A stretch of 64,000 nucleotides of DNA from Octopus vulgaris (GCA_951406725.2 OX597820.1:87482001-87546000); one strand, 5' to 3'. Positions 1-13,410 are shown, counted from the first letter of the stretch. Program-made: numbers and translations. Notes: a model not told the origin generated them from the sequence alone.

Positions 1-1284
1 GCACTGTATACATCATCGTCGTCATCATTATTATCATTATTATTATTATTATTATTATTATACAAACTCCAATTCGGTTCAGGTACGTGATGTTGATAAG
101 CCACAAAGCATCGATGTCCAGCGCTCCTGAAAAGGATTTGGGGTGGATTGTCTCACCTGTCTATCACTTTCAGGTGTTTTAACCCGCTCGCTTTGAAAGA
201 GTCATCCTACCGTGTTACTTCCCAGACTACAGGCAGATATGCAGAGCATACGTGTAATAGATAAGGTTTACAAAACTAGCGTTGCTTCTAGTTCATATTT
301 GAATAGTGATTGTCGACGCCGACAATTACGGCTAACACGGTTGAGTGAACACGTCTAGTGATTATCCCAAACGATCAAGGCTCTCGTTCTCTCATTTTAA
401 TTTGACGAGTGATAGAGTGGACAGGAATTGTGTGATAGAGTGGACAGGATAGAGTGGACAGGAATTGTGTGTATGTCTAGTGGCTGAATGCTTGCAATTT
501 GCATGTACCTATGTAGGCATAAAATTTTGATATTCACTTAATTCGTGCGTTAGTTCCATACAAGAAAAGTCTTGACTGTACCCACAGTCAACTGTGTACA
601 GTCAATGTGTCAAATGACAGAATGAGTTTGTGCGTGAGTAGTTATTGGTGAATATACTTTGTTAATGTTTATTCAGTTTTGGTTTGTATTTTGGTACGAA
701 TATATTTTCGTTGTTCATTCGTATTTGACCTGTGGTATTGACTGAACAAAGGTAAGGTGGGGAGACTTGGAACTTGGTGGGGAACTTTTTTGGCACATAT
801 GTCTAGGTTTCACTTAGTGAGATATGTCAGGTACTGGATCCTCGTATTTGTTGACGATGAGTATTTAGTCTGTTTCTTCTACACTTGACAGATTAAATTC
901 AGGTAGCTTTCAACTCGTTCACTCAACCGTATCAGCCTCAGGTTACAGAGCCAAAAAATATTGTCATGTAACATTAACGCACGGACATACTGGGGAACTT
1001 ATAAAAAATTCTAAGCCTAATTACATAATCATCCTTCGCTAATCAAATTGTATCCTAGAGAAATATTAATTTGAGTCATGTTCTCTCTATAAAAACAAGA
1101 GAATTTTCGAACTCCCGCCAGAAACAAGACAGTTGCAGCAGAGCCCCACGTCTTTCTATTTCAACGTTTGAAAATGAGAAAAATCTATGAAACCGGTTAA
1201 GCCTTTAAAAATAAACCACTTAAAAGACGCCCAGGGCATATTCTACTTCTTTTTTCTATATTTCTACCCGTGTTGAATAAGATG

Positions 1285-1314
<30 letters not shown>

Positions 1315-1319
<5 letters not shown>

Positions 1320-1620
1320 ATCCAAACATGAAAACACAAAGAGAAAACACAACAACGCTAGGACGTGGAACAAATATAGTATTATTGGACGCTCAGGAAG
1401 GAAGGGAAGAAGGAGGGTTTAACGTTTCGAGCGGAGCTCTTCGTCAGAAACATAAGAAAAGGAAAGATCCAGAAAAGGGAAGACGGAGGAGAAAAAATCG
1501 CCAACGGTACACACGCGGTCACGGGACAAGAACGCAAAACATCTAGAGAGTTAGGTGATACAAAAAAGGGGACAACAAAACATCCAGACAGACTATACAA
1601 AGAGAACAAGGGTGAGTCAT
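1315..1620 (-). mobile_element. Short non-coding Penelope-associated (retrozyme-like) element, copy 1
   Basis: Near-identical to 10690-10905 and related to 51060-51335. Carries a hammerhead motif and abuts a (TA)n tract at 1288-1315. Confidence 0.7.
1417..1451 (-). ncRNA. Minimal type I hammerhead ribozyme motif
   Basis: Reverse complement reads GUUU-CUGACGA-A-GAGC(UCC)GCUC-GAAA-CG-UU-AAAC. This gives the core boxes, stem II, stem I (GUUU/AAAC) and a palindromic ACGU in place of stem III. Confidence 0.7.
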
Positions 1621-2019
1621 TCGGAGTTTTCTATCCTATACATACATACATACATACATACATACATACATACATACATACATACATGAGTGACGTAGAA
1701 ACTTTACAGTTATAAAAATAGAATGAGAGAGAGGGACTCTGATATGGAGACAGACACATTAATCAAAGTGCTTTTAATTATACTTACAAGCAATAAACAT
1801 GAGCTGAGTAAAAAACTTAATAAGGAAAGTAAAGTTATAAGCCACTCCTCATAAATTTACATCTTCATACGTTCATATATCCACTCACAGACACTCGAGC
1901 ATATTTACGTTTATGATGCACAGGTGTGTTCAAATGCATTTGTGCGCATGTATGAATATAGACGGATATTTAAAATGTAGATGTAGATAAATTGACATAC
2001 AGTTGGGTGAAAGCCATGA

Positions 2020-2057
<38 letters not shown>

Positions 2058-2287
2058 GTGTGTGTGTATGTGTACGTACGTGCGCGTGTGTGCATGCATG
2101 TGTGGGTGTGCTGATAGATTTACAAAATATACATTGATATATTGTTAGAAGATATTCTGAAAATTGTAACTGACATTAAAAGAAATGTTCAGATAAAGGA
2201 CTAATCGACTTTATGATTGTTAATATCATCAGCCTTTAAGGTAGTTGGGGAAAAACAACTTTACTTTTAATATCTTATCACAATTGA

Positions 2288-2497
2288 AGGTGGCGAGCTG
2301 GCAGAGTCGTTAGCACATCGGGTAAAATGCTTAATGGGATTTCGTCCATCTTAGCTTTCTGAATTCAAATTCCGCTGAGATTGGCTTTGTTTTTCATCTT
2401 TCCGGAGTCGATATTATAAGTATCAGCTGAACACTGTGATCAATGTAATCGACTTGCTCCCTCAAAATTTCAGGCTTTGTGCTTGTTGTAGAAAGGA
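2288..2497 (+). mobile_element. tRNA-derived SINE, family A (GGCGAGCTGGCAGAA head)
   Basis: Matches the family seen more than 10 times in the window: ggcgagctggcag...ttctgagttcaaattccgccgagg...cttttcatcc. Confidence 0.8.
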
Positions 2498-2636
2498 ATA
2501 TGAACAACTTTTAAATTTCAGATATATTTGGACAATGAAGTAGCAAAAGTGTATTTCTGAATGTCTGAAAATACACTTTTGTTGCGAGAATCTTGTTTTA
2601 TAAAGGAGTTTTTAATAAATCAGTTATAGATTAAAT

Positions 2637-2750
<114 letters not shown>

Positions 2751-3059
2751 AACTCTCAAACGAACTGGCATGTAAAAATGAATTATTGTGTTTCAAATAG
2801 ATTCATTGTACATCGAAAACCATGTCACTGACACAAGTCCACTGCAAATGTCGAAAATTAATTACTGACGGGTTTTAACAAGCCTCTCTGATTTCTTTCC
2901 TTTCTGTTCTCTTTCTTTCCGACCTCACTCTTTTGGTTTTTGTTTTGTTTTTGTTTTCTCTTTTTTTTTTTTTTGCTTACTTCTTTTCTTAGTTACTTTG
3001 ATCTTTATTTTATAAAATATCATAAAACATTACATTATTTTGTAAGTAGTTCGGTTGTC

Positions 3060-3740
3060 TTTTTATGAGTGAATGAACCTACTTTTTGTTGAATGTGTAG
3101 TTTCACTGAATTGTTACTGTTTGAACTGTAGACTTGTGGATTTTTTTATCATTTTCAGATTTAATTCCTCTTTGTTTTGTAATCGACGACTCATCCCCTC
3201 CACCGAAATTGCTGCCCTTGTGCCAAAATTTGAAACCATTACTATTGATATTTATGTCGAACACCTGCTGTCGCGTAGGGGAACGGATCCCACGGTCAAT
3301 TGAATCTATCATTGAAGATCGCCCCGCCGCCTTCCTTTAACCGAGAAAGAAAGGCTGTGTTTATATGCCTGGTAGCCATGGCGAAAGAGGTTGTATGGTG
3401 GACGTGATTGAAGGGGCTGAAGATAAACACTTTTCTCTTCGGTCAATCCCTGATTACCTTCACTTGAAAAGGAAAATAAGGGTAGAGAGGGAAGTGCTGT
3501 CTTCTTGCTAATTTGCTGGAAGCTGGATGAAAATGGCGAGAATGGTGCGAGTGTTCGGCCTTCAGTTGGAAAAAAGGGAAAGGCAAAAAAGGCACTTGTT
3601 CTAAAAGTCAAGGCACCCATGGTTTTTTATAGGTTTTACCCCAAGACACCTGATGAAGGCTGGAGGTTATTTGAGCGGAAACGTTGTATTAACAACAAAC
3701 AAGATGATGACAAATATCCGTCAAATGTAAATAATGTTTT
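3060..3740 (+). mobile_element. Penelope-like 3' terminal (pLTR) remnant with a degenerate hammerhead at about 3645-3690
   Basis: ACAC-CTGATGA-AGGCTGG...GAGCG-GAAA-CGTT-GTAT. The core boxes are present but stem II is decayed. Confidence 0.5.
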
Positions 3741-3754
3741 TCAGCCATGTTAGT

Positions 3755-4635
3755 AGTTGAGTGCTGAGTGCTGATAATTCCAGGTGCACCAATTACTATT
3801 AGTATCACGTCTACTCTCTTCATTGACCACAACCTTCGTATTTCCCACTTCAAATCGTCATAGTTGTTTCTTTTTTCTTCTTCTTTCTCTTTGATCCTGG
3901 TGTCACCGGGACATGCTAAGTTGATAATCATTCATGTTCTTTCTTTTTTCTTATTCATCATAACAATGTCCTGTTTCCGATGTCTGGTCAGGTGATCTCA
4001 CCGAATCATTGCATCCCACAGGATTTTACACTTCTCATTCTCAGTGACTCCTTCTGGGGTTTTCTCATATCGCGTCTTTGCTCTTTGTAGGCAGTAATTT
4101 CCACAGAGCTCCCAATGAATCATTCTTGCCACATTGTCATGTCCTTTTTATTTGCGTTGTATCAATTTTGGGCATTCGCTAACGATGTGCCATACCGTTT
4201 CAACCCTCTCACTACACATTCTACATTTGTCGTTATCGGTAGTGTTGTCTATTCTGCACTTCACATAATTAGTCCTTAACGCTTGTTCTTGAGCTGCGCA
4301 TGAGTGCTTCTGTTTCTATCTTCAGGTCACCGCCTCCTCATCCATAGGAACCGGTCTTCTACATCTGTCTTGGCGTTCACATCTCTTGCAAACTGACCTT
4401 ACATTTTTCTCCTTCTATGCAATTAATTTTTTTTTTTTTGTTTATTTCTTCTTTAAATTTTTCTTTCATTACACAATTCCAAGTTTTGATGACGCCGGCC
4501 TTCTTCGTATGTTTCAACAATGGCTCCACGGCATTTTTTATATACCACCCTAAGCTGTTTTCCTCTGCTTCGATACAGTCCTGGTAACTGATGAAACCTC
4601 TCCCGCCCTTTCTTCTGGACAAGTAGAACCTATCA
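3755..4635 (-). mobile_element. R4/Dong-clade non-LTR retrotransposon fragment (CCHC knuckle plus REL endonuclease)
   Basis: Minus-strand translation gives CRMCSERVETVWHIVSECPKL...RHDNVARMIHWELC...KILWD and IINLACPGDTRIKEKEEEK..YDDLKWEIRRLW..IVIGA, with frameshifts. Confidence 0.85.
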
Positions 4636-4799
4636 TTATTATTTATACGCAATTGTTATTAATAATAGTATTTCTTGCATTTTGTTTTTACTTTTGTCAT
4701 ATCGACGAGTAGGGAACGTTTTCTATTTATTAATAAATTACCTTAAAATATGCTAGAAATATCTTTTCTGGGATACCATGATACAAATCAAATCATCAG

Positions 4800-5250
4800 A
4801 CGGCACATGTTTACTAAAAGAGAAAATTACTCAGAAGAATCGCCGAGTAAACAGTCCGGGCAGCTTCTTTCGTCAAAATTCAAGAAAAATGCAGCTAGAG
4901 ATATTAAAGGAGTGAGGTTACCTTTCGTTCAAATATCACAAAAACATGGAACCATGATCGTGTGCGGATTGAGAGATCGTGATATCTACAAAAATGACGG
5001 AGACAAATCCGTCTGCTCCAACTGTAGAAGTATAGCACTCTTGTCCAGTGTGTGGAAACCAATCTCTAAAGATTATAAAAAGAGTCACGACGGGGCTTCC
5101 GTAGAGCACGAGTTACAACCGATATGATCGGTTCAATGTTACTTAAAACGAAATTCATGTATCAATATCAAGTCCTATTCATCACCTTCGTGGATTCATC
5201 AAACTCTTTGACACTGCAATCAAGGAACTTCTACTGGAGGTTCACAGAAA
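4800..5250 (+). mobile_element. Highly degraded RTE-type reverse transcriptase fragment
   Basis: IYKNDGDKSVCSNCRSIALLS resembles the LINE RT motif IYKxKGDxxxCxNYRxISLLS. LFITFVD resembles the FVDxxKAFD motif. Confidence 0.6.
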
Positions 5251-6094
5251 GAGTCTTTGTGTGTGGTGCGGGTGCAGGGAAGAGATGCATAGAACAAAAG
5301 ACATTCCTAGAGTTGTTTTCTTTAGGAGTTTCTCCTTTCGCCGTATTTAGTTTCGTGTTGTCGGTCGTTAGTTAATTCTGGTTTCCTTGAATCCCAAACA
5401 AAGGTTTTTCTTCACTTACTTCAGCAGCAACTGGTACAGTCACTTTTAACTACTTCCAGTAGTTTATCAATTGTACCACTTGCACAATTAATATTCTAAT
5501 ATAAACACATACACATTCTACTTTTTTGTGCTGTTTTAAAAGTCGGCATAACATTTTCTTAGAAATTTATTAATGTGTTGTATTTTATTCCCTGTTCCTC
5601 ATAGCTTCTCCCTCTATGACCCAATTGGATTCCTTCAATACCAAAGTTGATCATTAGGCATTATTAACTAATGCAAGCGCTGATAGCCTGTAGTAAACGT
5701 TTGAGCCTGCCTGATACGTCCTACTGGTCATGGAATTTTTATCGTCCGTTGTTCCCATTCTATCAGCCCGAGTGCATTTAGGTGACAGTAACTATGAGTA
5801 CTGAAGATCAATGAGTACTTTAATCTAGCTCTCGGTAACCAGTGAGTAATTGATGGACTCCTCTTTGAAAAGAAAATTCACACCCTTTGAATTTTAAGGC
5901 TTTCATCTCAGAGCCCTATAGCAGACTTGTTCTAGTTTCTAAAACGTCTCTTCGAAGCCTTGATTGCATCAAATTATAATTGCTCTTAGCTGACCTGACG
6001 AACTGATAAGTCAAAGTAGTTCTTCTCATTATTGATTAAAGGATGAATCCTATAAATATGATTTCGTTGTATTTATACCTGTGTTGGCCATTGT

Positions 6095-6565
6095 ACAACA
6101 CGATTTTTGTCCTTGAGTAGCGAATGTTATTTCCTATTTGCTTACACCTAGAAAGTATGAAAAATAGCTAATATTTCCTTCAAATGTTGCTTTTGTTATA
6201 TTTATTCAAACACCAAAGAATCCTTCTCGGCACATGGTTATGATGCTACTCACTTCGCCTGCTCATGATCAGAGATGCAAATTTTGTCAGCCACTAAGGG
6301 ATATGTTCCAAGTGGTTAAGGTCAAACAACTGACAAGCAAATCTATGGTATTGAACAGAAATATTTGCTATAATGATATTTCTGCTTCAGCAACTCAACG
6401 CTGAATCTGTCTGAAACGTAATGGAAAATAGGTCAGTTTCAAAATATTGATGTCCAGGTCACAAAAGCAACGTTTGAAGGAAATCTTTGTCATTTCCTTT
6501 GATTCCGGGATAGAAGCAAATTGGAAAGAAACACTTAATGACCAAAGACCAAAAATTTTGTAACT
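6095..6565 (+). mobile_element. Non-autonomous DNA element (MITE-like), with a second copy inverted at 54830-55290
   Basis: About 450 bp of similarity between the two loci, e.g. tcatgatcagagatgca...agccactaaggga...aagtggttaaggtcaa. Confidence 0.7.
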
Positions 6566-7319
6566 CAGTGTATTCGGATATTTATTTGAGGAAGCAAAAA
6601 TAGAAGTGGACTTTAGTCGCTGTGATAAGTATTCTCTTGATGTCAGTTGCAGTCAAGAACTTGAAAACTACTATCGTCACCTGATTTGCCTTGATGGAAT
6701 TCTATTTTCATCTAGGGTGCGTTAAGGAAAAATAAATAGCCCCCACCTCCAATACCTGATCAATACTTTAACTGACCCAGCAGAGTAAGGACTTTTTCAT
6801 TTTTGTTTGTTTGCTTTTTAATCTTAATCAAAAAAAGTTGACCGCAGCGGAATTTGAACCCAGAATGCAAAGGACCAGAAGTTAGTTCTGCCAGGTATTT
6901 TGACCGACGCTCTTACAGACCAGACAACCCACCACCTATAACTTAAGGTGAAAGTTTTGTAAAGTGTCAAGTGGAATATCAGATCTCAACAACCAGAAGT
7001 TTGGCAGCACATATAGAAGATAATGAGTTAGTGTAGTTTATTTTTATTTTATTAAATAAATGTGACCTAATGCTAAACGTGGATACGGTAGAATAGTGAT
7101 AAGTTCTGAAATATTGAGATGACGATATAGGTTAGTTTACTGATTGAGCCATTCCACGTCAGTAACTTGTCTATCTGCAATTTTTGCCCATGGTCAAATA
7201 ATCTGGAAAAGGATGGAGCTTCCCCTTATTGTTCCTAAGTGACTTTTGCATCAAACTCGGAAATTTTGTTTTTATCTCATGCACATAGACAACTTGCTCT
7301 GATGTTTTAGATGAAGACT

Positions 7320-8015
7320 AAACTTCTGGAAGCAATAACGGATTCTTTCGCACATCGTAGATGTTGCTGTAAAAGGGGAGGCGATCACTGCTTCCATAGC
7401 CAAACGGAACAAAATCCATAAGTACTGGGACTTGTCAGTGAACCATTTCTTATTTCTTTATTGCCCACTAGGGACTAAACATAGAGGTGACAAACAAGGA
7501 CAGACAAAGGGATTAAGTCGATTACATCGACTCCAGTGCGTAACTGGTACTTAATTTATCCACCTCGAAAGGCAAAGTCGACCTCGGCGCAATTTGAACT
7601 CAGAAAGTAGCGGCAGACGAAATACCTATTTCTTTACTACCCACAAGGGGCGAAACACAGAGAGGACAAACAAGGACAGACAAACGGAATAAGTCGATTA
7701 CATCGAACCTAGTGTGTAACTGGTACTTATTTAATAGACTCCGAAAGGATGAAAGGCAAAGTCGACCTCGGCGGAATTTGAACTCAGAACGTAGCGGCAG
7801 ACGAAATAACGCTAAGCATTTCGCCGGACGTGGTAACGTTTCTGCCAGCTCGCCGCCTTGTGAACCATTTCTTTCATCCTATAGCGTTTGAGATGTTCTT
7901 GTCATCGTTAGCGGCTCGCCTTGCCGAAGTGTCAGATGATGCCAATAAGGGTGCTTGGCTGTTTCAACACCTTAGCCTCGCCAACGCCCGCGGTAATGCC
8001 GCGAGCGAGAATCTT
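7320..8015 (+). mobile_element. CRE-like non-LTR retrotransposon C-terminal (REL endonuclease) fragment, split by a SINE
   Basis: Removing the SINE gives ...IAKRNKIHKYWDLSVNHFFHPIAFE...LAARLAEVSDD...AWLFQHLSLANARGNAAS, matching the QRLS.A..RGNA motif. Confidence 0.65.
7452..7859 (-). mobile_element. SINE family A with internal tandem duplication
   Basis: 14-bp TSD GTGAACCATTTCTT at 7438-7451 and 7860-7873. The body and tail occur twice behind a single head. Confidence 0.9.
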
Positions 8016-8262
8016 GTTATCTACGACCAAGTGAAGCACTCAGAGTTGAACTAGTTTCTCTGTCTTTCTTCCTCTTTGTTTCGTTTTCTTTCTTCACTTA
8101 TGTTTGTGTTTCCTTGGTTTTGTGTTTGCATTTTAATGTAGTTTTGTATTATATATGCATCGTGTACATACGTGTTATATAAGTAATTATTAAATTATCT
8201 AAATTTTAAAAAGATTAACGAACAATTTAAAAATATGTAGTTGTTTACTGTCTATAGCATAT

Positions 8263-9327
8263 TGTTATGGGTTTTGGCTAGTGCAGTATTTCTGACCCAC
8301 TTCGTGAATGATGGTGCCGGCAGGTCTGGAAGAAAAGAGACAGCCCTTTGTTTGCTGGGAGATTGATGGGGTTTTGGAGGGACCTTTTTGGCCCCGTGCG
8401 GTCGATTAGGGGTCAGAGAGAGATGTGAGGAAGAATCTAGCAGTAGTGAGAAAAAGATAGAGTAAGGAATCTAAGAGCAGATGGAGAGGATATTGGCAGT
8501 GAGAGAGGATGAGGGGCGATAGAGATAGGCAGTTAGGGACCATGGCAGATAGAGAGGCTATAAGCAGTAGAGACAGATGGAGATTAGGGTAGTGGGAAGG
8601 AGCGAGAGGAAGTGAGGTTTTGGTAGTTGGTAGTCGGTCGTCAAAGAGGACAGTCGGATTTTGGAAGTCAAAGGGAGTAGTTGGAAACTTAGGAGCAAGC
8701 GGCTGGATTCAGGAGTTTTGCAAGCTGGAGTTAGCAGTACTGAGAGAGAGATGCGGTGCAATATGGGACACTGGCGATTCAATTAGGAATTAAGGTATTT
8801 GATTATGTATTGATACGTGTTACGATGTAAAAGAAAAAAAGAGAAAGAAGAGAGAAAAAGAAGGACTCTGATGTAGACGATAATGAACTTTGAATTGTAA
8901 CGTGAATTGTTGTGATACGAACATTGTATAATGTATCGAAGTGTTCTGATTGGACTGTGACGTATCGTGAACATTATTTGATCTGGACTTGTTGTGTCGT
9001 TACTGAACACTGTTATATTGTTACATGCATGTTTAAATGGTTTGATCTGTGGTATACCCGTATGATGTATTGATTTGTTGTTTCCCTTAAATGCTTTGAT
9101 GTATCTTGATGTTGTAACAATTGATTGTCATATAAACTGTTGTTAAATGTAAGCCAGTGTTGCCGTTTTGCCTCTGTATCTCTGTGCTGCTGCGGTTGTT
9201 GTTGTTGTTGTGTATATCTCCTCTCTCTCCTCTCTCCGACGAGTTTCCGTAGCTTATTCGCTGCATCGAACGGGCCTGTGTGAGGATTTCCGTAACAGTT
9301 CGAATCGGAGGTCCCACCCTCGTAACA
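8263..9327. mobile_element. Solo LTR (1065 bp)
   Basis: Starts TGTTATGGG and ends CCCTCGTAACA (TG...CA with a short terminal inverted repeat). Flanked by the 6-bp TSD GCATAT at 8257-8262 and 9328-9333. Confidence 0.85.
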
Positions 9328-9513
9328 GCATATTTAGTACATTCTTAACTCAAATAGCTGAGATAAACACTACGTTGGGCAAATGATTTTCGTAGACGCT
9401 AGACAAGTCTTTACAGGTCGAATATATGCTTCAAAAGATTTCGATTGCAATGGACTATGAAATAAAGCACACCAACATAGGTTGTCAAACGATGGTAGTG
9501 GGGTCAAACACAC

Positions 9514-9564
<51 letters not shown>

Positions 9565-9568
<4 letters not shown>

Positions 9569-10661
9569 TGATTGATTGATTGATTGATTGATTCTAGTTT
9601 CAGCTCATGAGCTGTGGCCATGCTGGGGCACCGCCATTTGGTGTTGCTACATGGTTTTTCTTCACGAAAGCTTTTTAGCAACTGCCATTTGGTGCATGAG
9701 AGAGTTCGATGCAGCTGCCCTCATCTGCACCTCCTGCCGTGAAGTTGGTTCATCTGGGATACCTGACAGGAAGAGATCCAGTTTCATTTTAAAGACATCT
9801 GCATCCACCCCATGCAGGTCTCTTAGGTTCTTCGGGAGGATATTAAAGAGCTGTGGGCCTCGGAAGCCCAGGCTATCACAGTATCTTGTCCTACATCTTG
9901 ATGGCAAATTTGGAGTCCTAGGCACCACGCAGTGGCGCCCAGTTCTGGCATTTGTGTAACTCTCGATGCCAAAGTTTGGGACAAGTCCCTCCAGGATCTT
10001 CCAGATGTATATTATGGCATATCTTTCCCGCCTACGCTCCAAGGAATATAGTTTTAATCTCTTGAGTCTTTCCCAGTAGCTTATATTCTGCATAGAGGCT
10101 ATCTTCTTCGTGTAGCTACGTTGGATCGCCTCAAGTTCTGTGATCAACTTGACACTGGATGGTGACCATAACTGAGAGCAATAGTCAAAGTGGCTTAGGA
10201 CAAGTGTCCTCCAGAGGACCATCATGATTTCTTGTTCTCTTGTTCTAAAGGTTCTGAGAATCCATCCGGCCAGTCGTCTGCATTTCATTGCCAATTTAGC
10301 AACATGTACATGAAAGGTTGCGTCATCACTCATGTAAATACCCAGGTCACGCACTGATTGTGCCTCTGGGATTGCAATTCAGTGTATTCATTGGGTATTG
10401 CATTTAGTTTTGCATGCTGATAGTATAAAGCTTGAAACTTTTCAGCATTGAACTGCATGCTATTCTTTTCAGCCCACTTGTATATTTTGTCCAGCTCACA
10501 TTGCAGGCGTTTAGTGTCCTCAGGATTCTGTATTGCCTGTGAAACTTTTGTATCATCTGCATAACTTGTGATCGTGGCTCTCTGCGTGGCTGAGGGCATG
10601 TCTGAGAGGGCCATTATGAACAGTAGTGGTCCCAAAACAGTGCCCTGCGGAACACCGCTCA
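9565..10661 (-). mobile_element. 5'-truncated CR1-group LINE (RT C-terminal half plus 3' UTR)
   Basis: SGVPQGTVLGPLLF, YADDTK, RDLG, DYCSQLWSP and SYWERLKRLKLYSLERRRER. One frameshift near 10380. (AATC)n tail at 9565-9592. Confidence 0.92.
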
Positions 10662-10689
10662 CTATATATATATATATAACATTCAAAAT

Positions 10690-10905
10690 GTGACCGCCAG
10701 TGTACCGTTGGCGATTTTTTTTTCCTCCGTCTTCCCTTTCTTGGATCTATCCTTTTCCTATGTTTCTGACGAAGAGCTCCGCTCGAAACGTTAAATCCTC
10801 CTTCCTTCTTTCTTTCCTTTTCTGAGCGTCCAATAATACTATACTTGTTCCACGTCCTCGCGTTGTTGTGTTTTCTCTTTGTGTTTTCATGTTTGGATTG
10901 ACTAT
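10690..10905 (+). mobile_element. Short non-coding Penelope-associated (retrozyme-like) element, copy 2
   Basis: Near-identical reverse complement of 1315-1520, with TA-rich tracts on both sides. Confidence 0.7.
10762..10796 (+). ncRNA. Minimal type I hammerhead ribozyme motif
   Basis: GTTT-CTGACGA-A-GAGC(TCC)GCTC-GAAA-CG-TT-AAAT. Confidence 0.7.
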
Positions 10906-10909
10906 ATAT

Positions 10910-11095
10910 ATGTGTGTGTATGTGTGTGTGTGATGGGCTTCTTTCAGTTTCCGCCAACCAAATCCACTCACAAGGCTTTGGTCGTCTGAGGCTATGTAGT
11001 AAAAGACACTTGCCTAAGGTGTCACACAATGAGGCAATACCGGGAACCTTGTGGTTGGGAAACAAGCATCTTACCATACAACCGTGCCTGCGCCT
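10910..11095 (-). mobile_element. tRNA-derived SINE, family B (partial)
   Basis: Reverse complement ggcgcaggcacggttgtatggtaagatgcttg...ggcaagtgtc matches 39818-40135 and 60048-60430. Confidence 0.8.
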
Positions 11096-12996
11096 TACAA
11101 ATCCCAAACCGATGAAAACACAAACATGAGCGAACAAAGTAAAAAAAAAAGAGGGAAGAAAAGGGGAAGAAAGAAGAGAAAGAAAAATAGCATGAATTCA
11201 ACACCAGGTCCTTCAGTTGATCACATCCCACAAAGTTCAACGGAATTTTGTGGGATGTGATCATCTGCAACTATTAACGTTACAAAACAAGTTTAAAATT
11301 GTTTGTATAATCGTTTTAATTTATTTATTTACTGCTATTTATTAAAGTTCCAAATTATAGAGTTATCAGCTAAACTATAGATAACAACCGTTGGCTCCTT
11401 GTTGAACGAGAAATAACTCAGTAGTGATTTAATATCCAAGGTTCTTACAGTTACTTCCCTTAGATAATTCTGTCCCGGTGTTAATTTTGATAGATAACCG
11501 CCAGCCATTCACGTACGACTGCAAAGACAATGAAGCTCCAGAATAAATGGGTTTCGGTATTTAATTAAGTATCTTGACACTCTGAATTAAAACCCCACTG
11601 AGGTTAACTTTATCTTTATGGGTTATAATAATTACCCTAGTGTCAAGTATTTGGATCAAGATCTGGACTTGGGCTCAGCATAGGAACTGCTTGTGTAATC
11701 AAGTAAGGCTGTCGCCTAGCAGCTAAGCTAAACATATCCAACACTTACATCCACTTCTGTGCCACCCAGATATCTTCCTTAGTTACAAGAAATCATGCAA
11801 TCACGGAGTAGGTTTATAGAATTAAAAAAATTATGACTGCATTTGGCTGGAATAATTAATTGAATAGTACTGCTAAGATCATAAAAGCCAGTTACAGATA
11901 TCAGAGGAAGGATGGTAGATTTAATTATCAACAAAAAAAATTACAACTTTGCTTCTGCGATGCAAATACTCAATGTCCATTGTATTCATTTATAATGGCC
12001 TAGTGCCAAAATTTGAAACCAATAAAGTAGAAGGGTTAATAATAGTACAAAGATTACTATTGTTATCTTATATAATCTGTATCACATTCCAAGAAATTGC
12101 TCACAAAATTTATAAGCTTTTCTGAGATAATCAAGAATGTCTTCAATATTACAGATTCTCTCTCTCTTTTTTCTTTGTTTTTGAAATGTCAAAAATAACA
12201 AACTAATAAGTTTGCTTCCCAGCCACATGGCACCTAGAGCATCTCACTTGTTAACCATTCTTCATCCATTAATATTGTTCTTTGCACCCCCATGTTACAG
12301 TAACCATCTCCCACTCCCCAAACCACCAAATTATCTCTCCTCATGCAGATGTTGTCCACATCCCTCTCCCACTTACCCAATCTCTCCTCCTAAACACTCT
12401 TTCATGCATCCACTCTGCCCACACACCACTACCTCTGCTACATGACATACCACCTGGACACCTCACCACCAATGTCTATCTTCTTGAAGATAACAAATTC
12501 ATTCTCACTTCCTCTCCTAAATGTAAGTAGCCATGTAGTTCCTCTATGAGAACCAGCACTACCCCCAAGCTCTTCCTTCAAACACTAATCCCTACCTAAA
12601 ATATGAATGCAACATCCTCCCTTCCTGGGTTTGTTGACTTGCAAGCTACATGGCAATCTCAATAGTGCTAGTGGCATGTAAAAAGCACCCAGTACACACT
12701 GTAAAATGGATGGCATTAATAAGGGCATCCAGCAGTAGAAACTTATGCCAAAACAGAAAATGGAGCATGATGCCATCCATCCATCCGGCCCATGCAAGCA
12801 TGAAATATAGACATTAAATGATGATGATGATATATATATATACACATATATATATACACACTGGCCTGCTCACTTAGCCAGCGGGGTGGTGTCATTTGAA
12901 GGCTAAAACGTTGCGAAACGCATTGTGACCAGCGATGTGTAACAACATCTGATAGCCTAGTCGGTCACGTGATCACATGATATACACACACACACA

Positions 12997-13154
12997 GGTG
13001 CAGGCATGGCTGTGTGGTAAGAAGTTTGCTTCCCAACCACATGGTTCCAGGTTCAGTCCCACTGTGCAGCACCTTGGGTATAGCTTTAAACTGACCAAAC
13101 CATTGTGAGTGGATTTGGTAGACAGAAACTGAAAGAAGCCCTTGTATATACATT

Positions 13155-13191
<37 letters not shown>

Positions 13192-13410
13192 CTTTGTGTA
13201 TGTGTTTGTTCCCCACCACTGCTTGACAACTGGTGTTGGTGTGTTTACATCCACGTAACTTAGCAGTTTGGCAAAAGAGTGTGATAGAGTAAGTACCAGG
13301 CTTTAAAAAAAATAAGTGTTGGGCTTGGTTCATTCAACTAAAATTTTTTTAAGCAGTGCCCCAGCATGGCTGCAGTCAAATGACTGAAACAGGTAAATGA
13401 TAAATAAAAA
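12997..13410 (+). mobile_element. tRNA-derived SINE, family B (full length)
   Basis: A-box-like TGGCTGTGTGG and B-box-like GGTTCAGTCCC, an internal (TG)n, and the family tail ccagcatggc..cagtcaaatgactgaaac. Confidence 0.88.

Noticed and set aside
1328-1609. Short ORFs over the hammerhead-bearing element, also 10747-10971 and 51071-51290
   Set aside because: They recur only because the repeat recurs, and reading frames are not preserved between copies.
5460-5800. Possible second Merlin transposase remnant on the minus strand
   Set aside because: Only vague motif resemblance; too degraded to support a call.
5985-6025. Further hammerhead (CTGACGA-ACT-GATA-AGT-CAAAG), with similar weak candidates at 127-205 and 5801-5840
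   Set aside because: The GAAA box, cleavage triplet or stem I is missing, so they cannot be distinguished from chance or heavy decay.
12997-13075. tRNA genes at SINE heads
   Set aside because: A and B boxes are present, but there is no complete cloverleaf and they continue into SINE bodies.
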